A stretch of DNA of 64,000 nt from IMG/VR virus record IMGVR_UViG_3300029305_009146; one strand, written 5' to 3'. Made by a program: the position numbers and the translations under genes. Shown here piece by piece: positions 1 through 9,341 of this stretch (position 1 is the stretch's first letter; each line of letters starts with the position of its first letter). This DNA is from an uncultured virus (IMG/VR IMGVR_UViG_3300029305_009146) (Duplodnaviria; Heunggongvirae; Uroviricota; Caudoviricetes). Below the pieces are notes generated by a model, which saw nothing but the letters and a program-made list of their open reading frames with translations, had not been told where the DNA came from and did no database searches.

Positions 1-17
1 GTCATACTCATTTCCGC

Positions 18-530
18 TTACCTCTCTTTCTCTAACAGTTCGGGATTGTCGAATACGTTGCCGATAACTTCACAATCAAAGAAATCTCCCCAATTTCCGC
101 AGCAATAAATTCCATAATCCTTTATTTTTACGCTCCATTCCGCGCTGTATTCACGGTATTTATCGTGCGTTTCTGTTTCCTCGTTGTAGAATCCACTGCC
201 TTTTCCGATGTCGTATTCTACAACTCCGATATGCCTTTTCGTCTTTCGGTTCTTCGCATACGGTTTATCCGAATACTCCTGCGTTCTAACAATATCATTC
301 TCCCAAATCTTCCGTCCGTTCTTGTCGGTAAGTCCGGTATCGTCACAAAGGGTTTCAATGTCAATTTCCACCTGTATCTGTTCAATCGGTGTACCCTTAC
401 TCAAATCAGCACCAATCGGGATGATGAAATGGTGTTCGTGCCGTTTATCATCATGCACCATGCAGAAATAAAACCCTTCCACCCATTCCTTGTTGTCCTT
501 TCGCTTTGCTTTGCAAATCTTACTTTTCAT
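18..530 (-). CDS. YopX-family protein
   Basis: KAKRKDNKEWVEG, TGLTDKNGRKIWENDIV, EVIGNVFDNPELLE motifs; SD before ATG 530; ends KER. Confidence 0.85.
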   Translation of the reverse strand: MKSKICKAKRKDNKEWVEGFYFCMVHDDKRHEHHFIIPIGADLSKGTPIEQIQVEIDIETLCDDTGLTDKNGRKIWENDIVRTQEYSDKPYAKNRKTKRHIGVVEYDIGKGSGFYNEETETHDKYREYSAEWSVKIKDYGIYCCGNWGDFFDCEVIGNVFDNPELLEKER

Positions 531-831
531 TCTGTTCTCCTTTCTCCGCAAGTGCGTCTTCGGCTTTTTCTTTGGCTGTGAACCATTCTTTTCCGTATTC
601 ATCCCACATCACACCCAAAAACATCATATCCGCTTCGTTCGCCTTTATTTGTCCGTTGGATTGTATAATATATACCGTATCTCCTACCTTGCATGGCAAC
701 CGCAGGAGAAGTCCTTGTTCCTCTGCCGTTTCATACTCCTTCAACTTCTTCTGAACCTCGATAATGTAGTCATTTTCCACATCCTCAACCTTCCCTTTGA
801 ATGTGTAAATATCGTCTACCAATCTCTCCAT
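520..831 (-). CDS. Hypothetical phage-type protein (paralog of 4924-5379)
   Basis: KLKEYETAEEQGLLLRLPCKVGDTVY motif; SD. Confidence 0.8.
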   Translation of the reverse strand: MERLVDDIYTFKGKVEDVENDYIIEVQKKLKEYETAEEQGLLLRLPCKVGDTVYIIQSNGQIKANEADMMFLGVMWDEYGKEWFTAKEKAEDALAEKGEQNEK

Positions 832-835
832 TCCG

Positions 836-1249
836 TCACTCTCCTATCTGAAAATCATTCATCACGATGTCGTTTCGTAGCTTGTGCCATCCGTACATAT
901 CATCCGGAGTCAACTGATTCTTCCATTCATCCCATTTAGACGGCACAAATACTGTCCATTCCTTTTCCGGGAGGGAAATACTGAGGTCATCCGGTGCCTT
1001 ATCATCCACATTAAGAGGCGGCTTCCACAGATTGATAAAGTAAATCTCATACAGATTCATGTCTGCTTCCGACTGGAACTCCGTGTACTCTATCTTTGTT
1101 ACATTGTGGATATTGATTGCCCGGTGCATCGGCTTCGCGAACATATGCCCTCTTATCCGTGCCTGCAATGGCTGTTTCGTTCTTCCGAGATATGCAAGGT
1201 GTTTTCCGTACCATATCCGATACAGTAAAAATCCTTTTGGACTAGACAT
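836..1249 (-). CDS. GIY-YIG nuclease-family protein
   Basis: LYRI..YLGRT..RIRGH..E.YFI..KPPLN pattern. Confidence 0.7.
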   Translation of the reverse strand: MSSPKGFLLYRIWYGKHLAYLGRTKQPLQARIRGHMFAKPMHRAINIHNVTKIEYTEFQSEADMNLYEIYFINLWKPPLNVDDKAPDDLSISLPEKEWTVFVPSKWDEWKNQLTPDDMYGWHKLRNDIVMNDFQIGE

Positions 1250-1296
1250 GTGTACCTCCTATTCATCAAACAGTTCTTTTGATGTGTTATATGGCG

Positions 1297-1419
1297 CTAA
1301 TATGTGCACCGCCACTGGCGATGGTTATCCCAATTAACCTTTTTAAGATATTTACAGCCTTTGCAGGAAAGATTCTTACGCTTTGACTTACCTTTCTTTC
1401 TCTTACACTTGAATCCCAT
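1297..1419 (-). CDS. 40-aa basic Cys-containing peptide
   Basis: Hand-translated MGFKCKRKKGKSKRKNLSCKGCKY...RCTY; AAGGAG SD; first gene after motif 1442. Confidence 0.6.
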   Translation of the reverse strand: MGFKCKRKKGKSKRKNLSCKGCKYLKKVNWDNHRQWRCTY

Positions 1420-1441
1420 GCAATCACTCCTTTTCTATGTA

Positions 1442-1453
1442 TGTTAAGGAAAA
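1442..1453 (-). promoter_or_regulatory. TTCC(C)TTAAC element motif (putative promoter)
   Basis: Repeat motif upstream of 1419. Confidence 0.7.
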
Positions 1454-1470
1454 TAATTAGACCAAAATAA

Positions 1471-1498
1471 AAAAGCCCTGGATTTTTCCAAGGCTTTT
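1471..1498 (-). terminator. Intrinsic terminator
   Basis: AAAAGCC..GGCTTTT hairpin with T-tract after 1503 stop. Confidence 0.7.
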
Positions 1499-1502
1499 CG
1501 CA

Positions 1503-2051
1503 CTAATCTCTTTCCCAACTTCTTATTTCGTTAATGGAGAACCCGTCAATCTCACAGGCTCCATTATCTGTGGGTTGATAATAGGCTCCTTCTTTCTCCG
1601 GGGAAATAAATTCCTGCGCGGCTAAGTTCGCAAGGGAGATAAGTAGAGCCGGGTTCCCGCTTTTCTTGTAGAGTTCTAAGGCGCAATCCATCATTCCAAG
1701 CGTAGTAAACTCCTCACAGGGAGTTGTCATAAACTCGCCTGTTTTTGGCACAGACGGATTCATAAACTCAATCATGGCAAAGTTGGCCACGTCTGCAAGA
1801 AATTCCGTATTACCGGTCTCTCTGTACTTATCCAGCCGCTTCTTCGCGGAACCAAGCGCATCAATGCACTTATACTTCCCGTAATTGTCCTTCAGGGGGC
1901 CGTACTTATAATAAGACACGACCATCATGTTCTTCCGGATGCGGTCAAACTCCATGGACTTATCTGAGCGCGGCATATTCTGATACCTGGCATCATCAAA
2001 TTTTTGTGAGTATTCTGTTAACAGAATCTTATCAAAATCTTTCTCCATCAC
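1503..2051 (-). CDS. Hypothetical protein with internal duplication
   Basis: ETGNTEFLADVANFAMIEF / KSGNPALLISLANLAAQEF repeats; ends ERD. Confidence 0.8.
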   Translation of the reverse strand: MMEKDFDKILLTEYSQKFDDARYQNMPRSDKSMEFDRIRKNMMVVSYYKYGPLKDNYGKYKCIDALGSAKKRLDKYRETGNTEFLADVANFAMIEFMNPSVPKTGEFMTTPCEEFTTLGMMDCALELYKKSGNPALLISLANLAAQEFISPEKEGAYYQPTDNGACEIDGFSINEIRSWERD

Positions 2052-2077
2052 ATTTTCCTCCTTGCTTTTGTGTCATC

Positions 2078-2088
2078 GTTAAGGAAAA
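2078..2088 (-). promoter_or_regulatory. TTCC(C)TTAAC element motif
   Basis: Upstream of 2051. Confidence 0.7.
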
Positions 2089-2133
2089 AATAATGGAAAA
2101 GAAAAGCCCACTATAAAAAGTGGACTTAGAATC

Positions 2134-2565
2134 TTATCTTTCTATTGTTTGATTTTTGCGAAGAAGAACATTCCACGCATCTACAACTTCATCAGGAGCC
2201 ATCTGCTTTTGAGTCCTCTTTCCTTCCAAAAACAACTTGACATTGTTGTCAATGCGTTTCATAATGATTTCGGAAGCGTTGGAAAGTATAAAAACATCAA
2301 AAAGCTCGATGCTTGCAGATTGGTAAATTTCCCCGTCATAATATACTCCAAACCGAACTGTTTGTTCAGAGACGTTTATTGTGCCGTATACTTTTGACGT
2401 GGTAATCGGGAAGCTAATGGTCATATCAGGAAGCTTTTGCCGTTCGCTCAAAAACACAACAGGAAAACAAGCATCGCATATAATTTTTTGTACGCGGTTA
2501 TATTCTTCTTCTGTTGTGTCCGGATGGTCTTCAAGTAAGAAATCAAAATTTTTAAATTTCTTCAT
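2134..2565 (-). CDS. Hypothetical protein
   Basis: ORF, start moved to MKKFKN; ends TIER before terminator. Confidence 0.8.
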   Translation of the reverse strand: MKKFKNFDFLLEDHPDTTEEEYNRVQKIICDACFPVVFLSERQKLPDMTISFPITTSKVYGTINVSEQTVRFGVYYDGEIYQSASIELFDVFILSNASEIIMKRIDNNVKLFLEGKRTQKQMAPDEVVDAWNVLLRKNQTIER

Positions 2566-2794
2566 GTTTAACCCCCGCCATATCAAACTCGGCTTTTATC
2601 CATGGGCGGATAGCTGTAAAAATATCCGCATCTGTCATTTTATTCAAGTCTTCCGTAATATCAGACTTTTTTAAGGTTGCTGCAAGATACAACTCCGCCA
2701 TCTCGCCCAAAGGGCAACATACAACTTCTTCAAACAAATCAATAAGAGACTTTGATAATTCAATTTTTCTGTTTCGAATATTGATTGTTTTCAT
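2552..2794 (-). CDS. Hypothetical protein (resembles 43257-43490)
   Basis: ORF with GGAGG SD. Confidence 0.8.
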   Translation of the reverse strand: MKTINIRNRKIELSKSLIDLFEEVVCCPLGEMAELYLAATLKKSDITEDLNKMTDADIFTAIRPWIKAEFDMAGVKHEEI

Positions 2795-2824
2795 ACCAAT
2801 ACCTCCCTTTTCTTCTTTTACTAT

Positions 2825-2837
2825 TGTTAAGGGAAAA
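2825..2837 (-). promoter_or_regulatory. TTCC(C)TTAAC element motif
   Basis: Upstream of 2794. Confidence 0.7.
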
Positions 2838-2865
2838 ATATCACATAAAATAAAAATATATCAAT

Positions 2866-3096
2866 TTATAAACCTAAGTCTTCTTTAAAATATTGGATTA
2901 CCGTATCCCGGTCAACCAAACACCACTGCGGAGAACATTCGTTGCTGCTCTTTCCGGCAGGAGCTTCCAGTTCATAAAGCTTTCCATTGTATTGATGTAC
3001 AGTAACAGAAAAGGTGGAGGTAGAAAAATCGAACACTGAGCCTCTCCTATTCTCCTGTACACCCATTTCTTTTAATGTTGCTCTCAAGCGTCTCAT
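2866..3096 (-). CDS. Hypothetical protein
   Basis: ORF with AAGGAG SD. Confidence 0.75.
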   Translation of the reverse strand: MRRLRATLKEMGVQENRRGSVFDFSTSTFSVTVHQYNGKLYELEAPAGKSSNECSPQWCLVDRDTVIQYFKEDLGL

Positions 3097-3116
3097 TTAT
3101 ATTCTCCTTTCGCAAT

Positions 3117-3341
3117 TTACTCTCTTATGAAATCTTCGTCTTTCCAGGCTTCTGCAAATGCCTTTATTTCAGAAATAAACTGTTCTTCTGTGCAGCCGTC
3201 TTTAAAAAGCGCTATCGGACACATAACAACAGTCTCTGCATCGGAGAGCGAGCATTCGCATTTCTTATTGTCGTGGGCGTTTAACAAATAGTCAAAAGCA
3301 CGCTTCTCCTCTTTATTTAACTTATTTCTGATTTTTCTCAT
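3117..3341 (-). CDS. Hypothetical protein
   Basis: ORF with SD, downstream of sigma-A promoter. Confidence 0.75.
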   Translation of the reverse strand: MRKIRNKLNKEEKRAFDYLLNAHDNKKCECSLSDAETVVMCPIALFKDGCTEEQFISEIKAFAEAWKDEDFIRE

Positions 3342-3379
3342 TGATAAACCTCTCTCTTTTTTAAGTCTTCTTATATTTG

Positions 3380-3408
3380 ATTATAACTGTTTCTTTCCTC
3401 TTTTTCAA
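3380..3408 (-). promoter_or_regulatory. Sigma-A/70-type promoter
   Basis: TTGAAA-17 bp-TATAAT on minus strand. Confidence 0.75.
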
Positions 3409-3419
3409 TATAAAATTGG

Positions 3420-3448
3420 TTGACAATCAACCTGTATTATTTTATAAT
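3420..3448 (+). promoter_or_regulatory. Sigma-A/70-type promoter (perfect consensus)
   Basis: TTGACA-17 bp-TATAAT upstream of 3475. Confidence 0.85.
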
Positions 3449-3474
3449 TTCACATTATACTTAGGAGAGAAAGC

Positions 3475-3756
3475 ATGAAAGAATTATTGAAAAACTTTTA
3501 TGGTTTTCATACTTATTGCGGTGATTTGTTTATTTTTGGCGATAACATGGAAATTTGCAAACCGTATCTGAATGATATAAAAGTCGAATCCATTGAAGAA
3601 GTACTTGAATACTGTAAAGAACATAAACTGCGTGCATATCTTTACCCGAAACGGTCTATCAAAGGAATAATTGGATTTATCTCCACGTATTTTTCTGCTA
3701 AAAAAATGGGGGTATACAGTACATGGGAAAATATATTACAATATCTGGAACAATAA
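3475..3756 (+). CDS. Hypothetical protein
   Basis: Consensus promoter, AGGAG SD, terminator downstream. Confidence 0.85.
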   Translation: MKELLKNFYGFHTYCGDLFIFGDNMEICKPYLNDIKVESIEEVLEYCKEHKLRAYLYPKRSIKGIIGFISTYFSAKKMGVYSTWENILQYLEQ

Positions 3757-3761
3757 AAAAT

Positions 3762-3792
3762 AAAGGGCGGCATACTCATCCGCCCCTTTTTT
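3762..3792. terminator. Bidirectional terminator
   Basis: GGGCGG..CCGCCC hairpin flanked by A/T tracts between convergent genes. Confidence 0.75.
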
Positions 3793-4535
3793 TACTCTCT
3801 TTCTTCTTCAAGATTCTTCTCTAATTCTTTTTCTACAACAATAGAATATCCTTCTGTATAACAACCGTCTTTCTCTGAGAAAGCATACAAGCGCCATTCT
3901 CCGTTTAGATTATCGGGCGCGCCTTCCACTTCGTAAAAAGGGTCTCTGGTCAACGGAACTACCCCTCCGTCACGATGAAGGAAAAGGCTCAATTTTGGAT
4001 GTTCTTCATCTTTTTCTATATCAACCATATCTAAACTGATAGAAACCTTTTCGTCGCCGAAGTACGCGGAAACAGACCAAAGATTATTTTTGTAACCAAG
4101 GCCTCTCTTTTTTAATTCGCCTATGTTTAATTCTTTTAAAAAATCTATTGACCCAAGAATTGCTGACAAGGATTCACCGGCTACTTTAGTGCTGAGCGGA
4201 ACGCGGCAGAAAGGAATCTCTTCCTGGTTGCGCCGATAAAACACATTCATTCTACAAAGGTAGAGTGATTCGACTGCATCATTAAACGTGCTGGATTTTG
4301 CTGGCGGGAAAGCACTTACGTTACTCCAGTACCAGTCCGGGTTCTTTTTGGCAAGCTTTGTGTTGTTATACTTTCCGTGGATGAAGTTTATAAGCCTCTT
4401 CTCGTTCTGCAGGATAACCTTTCTTGCCCGGTGAAAACTCACGCGAGTAAATTCTTCCTCGGTGAAAATATAATTGGTCTCGCGACCGCTTTCTACAGAA
4501 ATAATTCCGATAAGCGGGTAATTAATCTCCTTCAT
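3792..4535 (-). CDS. Hypothetical protein
   Basis: ORF with SD; ends LEEERE. Confidence 0.8.
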   Translation of the reverse strand: MKEINYPLIGIISVESGRETNYIFTEEEFTRVSFHRARKVILQNEKRLINFIHGKYNNTKLAKKNPDWYWSNVSAFPPAKSSTFNDAVESLYLCRMNVFYRRNQEEIPFCRVPLSTKVAGESLSAILGSIDFLKELNIGELKKRGLGYKNNLWSVSAYFGDEKVSISLDMVDIEKDEEHPKLSLFLHRDGGVVPLTRDPFYEVEGAPDNLNGEWRLYAFSEKDGCYTEGYSIVVEKELEKNLEEERE

Positions 4536-4555
4536 AATTTTCTTCCTCTTTTCTT

Positions 4556-4921
4556 TTATTCTAAAAACTTATCTTCTATCTGTGATAAAACGCTGTTTTC
4601 TCTGATGTCGGTATCCCATTGCAGGATGTCCTCCATATCAGCCTTTTGCTCTTCGTTATTTGCGTTCTGCAAATTGTCCTCGACAAAGGTTCGTTGTTCC
4701 TTTGTCAAATGAAGCCCCTCATAGGGCTTAAAGCGGAAAGAAGCCCCTCTGCTGTTAAACTGGATAAAACCGGCTTCATATAAATAATCTTCCGCTTCTA
4801 TCCGGTTTTTAAAAAGCCTGTTGCTTCTTCCGGCGGCTAGGGAAAGAGCGAGGTCAAGATGTTCCCATGCATCGCACTCATGCATTACTCCTTCCGGGGA
4901 TAAAAACCCGCATAATGCCAT
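4556..4921 (-). CDS. Hypothetical protein
   Basis: GFLSPEG..C...H motif typical of phage hypotheticals. Confidence 0.8.
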   Translation of the reverse strand: MALCGFLSPEGVMHECDAWEHLDLALSLAAGRSNRLFKNRIEAEDYLYEAGFIQFNSRGASFRFKPYEGLHLTKEQRTFVEDNLQNANNEEQKADMEDILQWDTDIRENSVLSQIEDKFLE

Positions 4922-4923
4922 AA

Positions 4924-5379
4924 TTAGCGTTCCTCCTGTCTGATGTTCTCTTGAAATAATGCCTCTGCTTTTTCTCGGGATAAAAAAGCAGTTTCTTCAA
5001 ACCGGTAAAAAGGGATGACCCAATTCCCTATAATTCCTATTCCTGCAGCCCTTGTAAATTCATCACATTTTACTGTGGCATAGCTTCCGTTTTTATCAAT
5101 TACAATGGATTGCACTTCTCCTTCGTAATATCCTTCCTCAATATGATTCGGCATAAAGGCATAGACGGTGTCGCCGGGTTTGCAGGGGGCAGAAACAAGC
5201 ATGGCCTTTTCTTCTGCCTTTTCTTTTTCATCCTCATATTCAGCGAGCTTTTCAAGCATCTTTCGAGCGTGTCCTGTTTGGATTTCGCAAGGCTCAAGAC
5301 TCATGTTATTGTTCTCATGGTCCACAAACCATATCATACCTTCCATGTTTTTGCCGCCACGTCTTGTTAATCGCTCCAT
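4924..5379 (-). CDS. Hypothetical protein (paralog of 520-831)
   Basis: MERLT..KLAEYED..PCKPGDTVY; ends QEER. Confidence 0.8.
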   Translation of the reverse strand: MERLTRRGGKNMEGMIWFVDHENNNMSLEPCEIQTGHARKMLEKLAEYEDEKEKAEEKAMLVSAPCKPGDTVYAFMPNHIEEGYYEGEVQSIVIDKNGSYATVKCDEFTRAAGIGIIGNWVIPFYRFEETAFLSREKAEALFQENIRQEER

Positions 5380-5942
5380 TACCGTTCTACCTCCTCTTCT
5401 TTGTCAGAAACGCGTTGTAAAAGAGACTCTTTCATTTCCTTCGCAATCACTTCTGCTCTTTCTTTTACTGCTTCTACACCATAATCAAACCAGGTATCTC
5501 TGTCACATCCATAACCGATACCGCTATCAAATCCAGAGTTAAGTAAGGCTTTTAAGAACTCATCGATTGTCTCTATGCGAGTACACACTATCCGAGGGTC
5601 TTCCGGAGGGCCTTCTGAAGCCTTTTCTTCTAAAAGGTTTTCTGTAGGTTTCTCGTCGGGAAGCTCCTCAGAGGCTTGCAAACCCTGCTCTTTTTTCACC
5701 GGAATACATGCAAGTTTAAACTCCTGGCCGGTTAAGTAGATATAACGATTGTCCTCTGTCAACAGCGTAAACAAAGTGTTTGCAGGACGGGAGCAAACAT
5801 CTCCATCCATTGCATAAACCACTCCATGTTTATGCCCGGCATCGGAACAGATATAATATTTTCCGTCTACACATTCTACACAACCGCCATGATGCAGTTT
5901 TGCGCCATCAAGTTTCTTCAGGTTAAGGGTGAAATATTCCAT
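5379..5942 (-). CDS. Hypothetical protein, tandem paralog 3
   Basis: TAATG coupling; ends EEEVER. Confidence 0.8.
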   Translation of the reverse strand: MEYFTLNLKKLDGAKLHHGGCVECVDGKYYICSDAGHKHGVVYAMDGDVCSRPANTLFTLLTEDNRYIYLTGQEFKLACIPVKKEQGLQASEELPDEKPTENLLEEKASEGPPEDPRIVCTRIETIDEFLKALLNSGFDSGIGYGCDRDTWFDYGVEAVKERAEVIAKEMKESLLQRVSDKEEEVER

Positions 5943-6619
5943 TATCTTTCCTCCTGCTCTTCTTCCAACTCCAGTTCTTGCTGTTTTACAAAAACCTCAT
6001 ACATATCGCCGTTATACTCAATCTCCCACTTATCGAAGTAGAAGCCTTGAAGCTCCGTTTGTGCGACCTTTTTAAGACCATCATAAAGGAATGCCTGACA
6101 CCAGCCGCTTTGATAGAGTCGTATCTCCATACAAAGACCGTTGGTGAAAGTTGCGGTGTTTCTTCGGAGAATTTTGTTCTGAGCGTGTTTGTTCTCCGGC
6201 AAATAAGCAATCCGGTCTTTTTCAATATCCCAAAACTCATCTTCGGAAAATTCTAAGGTGCTGCAAAACCATCTTCGATTGTCACGAGCCCCATTCTCTC
6301 TTACTGGCAGACACATAGCCTCATACTCTTCCAGTGAAAGAACAATGGGCTCCTTTTCTGAGAGTGTGGTAAGTTTTACATAATCTCCGGTATATGCGAT
6401 ACGGCAAACTTCTCCGCCTCTGGCATATGCTTTTCCTTTATCGGAAACAATATAATAGTCTTTGTTAAAGCGCTTTATTTTCCCCGCATGCGTAAGATAT
6501 ACCACACGGGCATTTTCTTTCCGGTGAGATTCATAATACATCCGTAAATCCAAGAGCACTGTGTCGCCCTTTTCCGGGTCTTTTATCGGAGCGGCGAAAA
6601 AATCTCTCGTCTCTTTCAT
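5942..6619 (-). CDS. Hypothetical protein, tandem paralog 2
   Basis: TAATG coupling; ends EEEQEER. Confidence 0.8.
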   Translation of the reverse strand: MKETRDFFAAPIKDPEKGDTVLLDLRMYYESHRKENARVVYLTHAGKIKRFNKDYYIVSDKGKAYARGGEVCRIAYTGDYVKLTTLSEKEPIVLSLEEYEAMCLPVRENGARDNRRWFCSTLEFSEDEFWDIEKDRIAYLPENKHAQNKILRRNTATFTNGLCMEIRLYQSGWCQAFLYDGLKKVAQTELQGFYFDKWEIEYNGDMYEVFVKQQELELEEEQEER

Positions 6620-7371
6620 TATCTTTCCACCTCATAGTCATACTCCAGACTCATATCCCCTTGAAAAGCAGAACCAAGAACGATACGTCCATTATTTTCC
6701 AATTCCTCTGCAATCTGTTCGGCTACAACGTCCCCGTTTTCATCGGCGCCGATTTCTATGTCCACGGAAATCTGGACCACTCTCTTCTTGGGAGCATCTT
6801 CCGTGCTCTTTGTTTTTTGCGGCAACTCTCCGGTATATTCCTTGAATGCCAAAAGCTCGCCGTTTCGATATGCTACAAACCAGCTCTTATTGTTGTAGAG
6901 ATAAATGCTTGCCTTGTAGCGGTCTTCGCCAAGTACTTTTTCCTCCTGAGAAACAATCTGGCCGTTTGCTTTGATATTGGAAAGCGTTTCTGTATTAGCA
7001 ACACGAACAACCTCTTCAAAGGTATCAAGAAAACTTTTCTCTTTTTCCGGCTGTAACGTGAGACACTGCACCGCTTCCCCGATATCAAGGGTGATATCAT
7101 AAGGAATTCCAAATTTGAATGCGAGGTCACTCTTGAGAGTAATCGTTTTCTGGTCCATATCGACTTTTTTTACTTCTATCGGGGCAACATCCACATTAAC
7201 GGCCAGACAAATACCGTCTTTCGAATAAAGCTCAAAATAGTCACCGTCACGGCTAATACCCCCTTCGTGGCAAAGCTTATGATTACTGAGATGAGCACCT
7301 CCGGAGAGCATGTCATACATCTCCCAAAGCTTTTCCAAATTTAAAATCACTTTGTCTCCTGCTCTAAACAT
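6619..7371 (-). CDS. Hypothetical protein, tandem paralog 1
   Basis: AAGGAGG SD; ends YEVER. Confidence 0.8.
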   Translation of the reverse strand: MFRAGDKVILNLEKLWEMYDMLSGGAHLSNHKLCHEGGISRDGDYFELYSKDGICLAVNVDVAPIEVKKVDMDQKTITLKSDLAFKFGIPYDITLDIGEAVQCLTLQPEKEKSFLDTFEEVVRVANTETLSNIKANGQIVSQEEKVLGEDRYKASIYLYNNKSWFVAYRNGELLAFKEYTGELPQKTKSTEDAPKKRVVQISVDIEIGADENGDVVAEQIAEELENNGRIVLGSAFQGDMSLEYDYEVER

Positions 7372-7385
7372 AATATCATCCTCCT

Positions 7386-8021
7386 TTAATTATAATCACG
7401 GTCGCATTCGACCAGGGTTTCCAGTCTATTCAGTCTGTCTGCAAGGTCTAACGGATTTTCTCCCAGCTTTTTGTACTCAAGAAGCTCGTTAAGAGCCTTT
7501 ATGATTTGCCGGGCCTCGTAAATCGGGATATCCTCGCCAGATGTATAAGCAGTAAGGTCTGCAATCATCTCTTCTATTGTTTTCTCGGAAAAAGATAGCT
7601 GAGATTTCTTTTTGCCAAATGCATCCCAAAAGCGTTCGCTGTGTCTGACATCAATGATGGTATCGTCATAGAGGAAGTCCATTTTGATGTTTTCTAGGTC
7701 GCTAAGATTCTGGGCATTTTCTATTCTCTGTAGCCAGGAAAAAAGAATTTCCTCAAACTGCAGCATATCGTCAAGTTTTCCCAGTTCGCTCTCTGATAAA
7801 ATATCCCATACATCTTCCGGAGAGGAGAATATGTGAAAATACTCTTCATTTCCAAAATAAGCAGTGTGCGTTATTGTGTAGGGAATGCCAGCCACCGTAG
7901 CAGTAAAGGCAGACACTCTTTCCCGGGCTTTTTCATCATAGTTTCGCGAAATGCAGGTAAGGTCCATAAAATCGTTCGCTTTTTGCGGGATAATGCTTCC
8001 ATCTTCACGTTTGATTGCCAT
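7386..8021 (-). CDS. Hypothetical protein (paralog of 8032-8670)
   Basis: Start moved to SD-supported ATG 8021. Confidence 0.8.
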   Translation of the reverse strand: MAIKREDGSIIPQKANDFMDLTCISRNYDEKARERVSAFTATVAGIPYTITHTAYFGNEEYFHIFSSPEDVWDILSESELGKLDDMLQFEEILFSWLQRIENAQNLSDLENIKMDFLYDDTIIDVRHSERFWDAFGKKKSQLSFSEKTIEEMIADLTAYTSGEDIPIYEARQIIKALNELLEYKKLGENPLDLADRLNRLETLVECDRDYN

Positions 8022-8031
8022 AAGCCCCTCC

Positions 8032-8670
8032 TTACTCTCTCTCTTCTTCCCTATTTTTATCGCGGTATGTCTCAACCCCATTTAAAACCTCTCTAAGATT
8101 GGTTGGAGTCCCAATGAGTGCTTGAAATTCACGAAGCTCTTTTAACCGTTCGATTACCCGTTCGAGAGCACAACGGTTAGTACTTGAGAGTTCCTCCTTA
8201 TATTCAAACAATATATCTTCTACATCGAAGATGGCCCAGTTTGAAGTAAGACTCATGTTGAACTCCAAGGATTTGTCATAAAAGTCGCGTTCAAGAATAG
8301 AATCATATTCTTTCGATATAGGCGTTATGCTTTTTTTTAAATTCAAGAGTTCTTCTTCACTGGAGACCTGTGATATTTTCCTCTTAGCTTCGTAATAACG
8401 AGCGCTGGAAAACAGAGCAGCTCTTAAATGAACAATTTCATCGTGAGACAAACGTATATCCATAACACTTGGACCCTGAATAGAGAAATTTAACAGTTGC
8501 TTGTTTGAATATGCGTGTGTAAGGCCAAAGCATCGGTCTCCGACACGGCAACGGAAAGTTTCAGATATCATCCCGTTAAATACATCTCGATAAACATTGG
8601 TGCATTCGATGTCTTTAAAATCACTTGCTTCTGTTACAGTAATACGACTATTTTCTGTCCACGTAACCAT
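8032..8670 (-). CDS. Hypothetical protein
   Basis: SD; ends EEERE. Confidence 0.8.
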   Translation of the reverse strand: MVTWTENSRITVTEASDFKDIECTNVYRDVFNGMISETFRCRVGDRCFGLTHAYSNKQLLNFSIQGPSVMDIRLSHDEIVHLRAALFSSARYYEAKRKISQVSSEEELLNLKKSITPISKEYDSILERDFYDKSLEFNMSLTSNWAIFDVEDILFEYKEELSSTNRCALERVIERLKELREFQALIGTPTNLREVLNGVETYRDKNREEERE

Positions 8671-8680
8671 AAGCTCCTCC

Positions 8681-9244
8681 TTAATCTCTCTCGAAATCGT
8701 CCAAAGACATGTACAAGGTGTTGTCTCCGGCTTCCTTCTTAATTCTTTCCTCTGGCCAACTAGCCGGGTAAGAAGTCATAAAGGTTTGTCCGGTCTTTTT
8801 GTCCTCTTCCACGGAAATGGCACCATATCCCTGCTTCTGTTTCTTTTTAAATGTTTTCTCTACATCGTAGAGTTCAAGAAAATCCTCCACGATATACACA
8901 ATGGAGTTGCTTGCCATGGTGCGAATCGTGATATCCGCTTCCGGGATATACGGGTGATACTTCTTGAAACGCTCGCATTCTTCCTTATACTGTCCCGGGC
9001 GTTCTTTGTAGAGATTTTCAATGAACGGGTTCGGATGTTCCTTGGCGTAAGCAATGACAACCTTCATCATTTCTTCCTCTGCTTCCTTGGAAACGTAATC
9101 CACATCCTCCGGGCCGCCATCACCGTAATCTGCGTAAGTACCGATTTTCTTGCCGTTCAAATACATGGTGGCGGTACAACCATAGCCCTCTCGCCCAAGG
9201 GTGTTCTTAATATTTTTCATCTGAAAGCCTTTAATGCTTGCCAT
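8681..9244 (-). CDS. Hypothetical protein
   Basis: SD; DYGDGG motif; ends DDFERD. Confidence 0.8.
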   Translation of the reverse strand: MASIKGFQMKNIKNTLGREGYGCTATMYLNGKKIGTYADYGDGGPEDVDYVSKEAEEEMMKVVIAYAKEHPNPFIENLYKERPGQYKEECERFKKYHPYIPEADITIRTMASNSIVYIVEDFLELYDVEKTFKKKQKQGYGAISVEEDKKTGQTFMTSYPASWPEERIKKEAGDNTLYMSLDDFERD

Positions 9245-9280
9245 AATATATTTCTCCTTTCTGTCGAATCACTTTGCTAT

Positions 9281-9293
9281 TGTTAAGGGAAAA
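9281..9293 (-). promoter_or_regulatory. TTCC(C)TTAAC element motif
   Basis: Upstream of 9244. Confidence 0.7.
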
Positions 9294-9341
9294 ATATTGA
9301 AACAAAGAAAAAAAACGGGTAAAAACCCGCTTCTTTCTATG

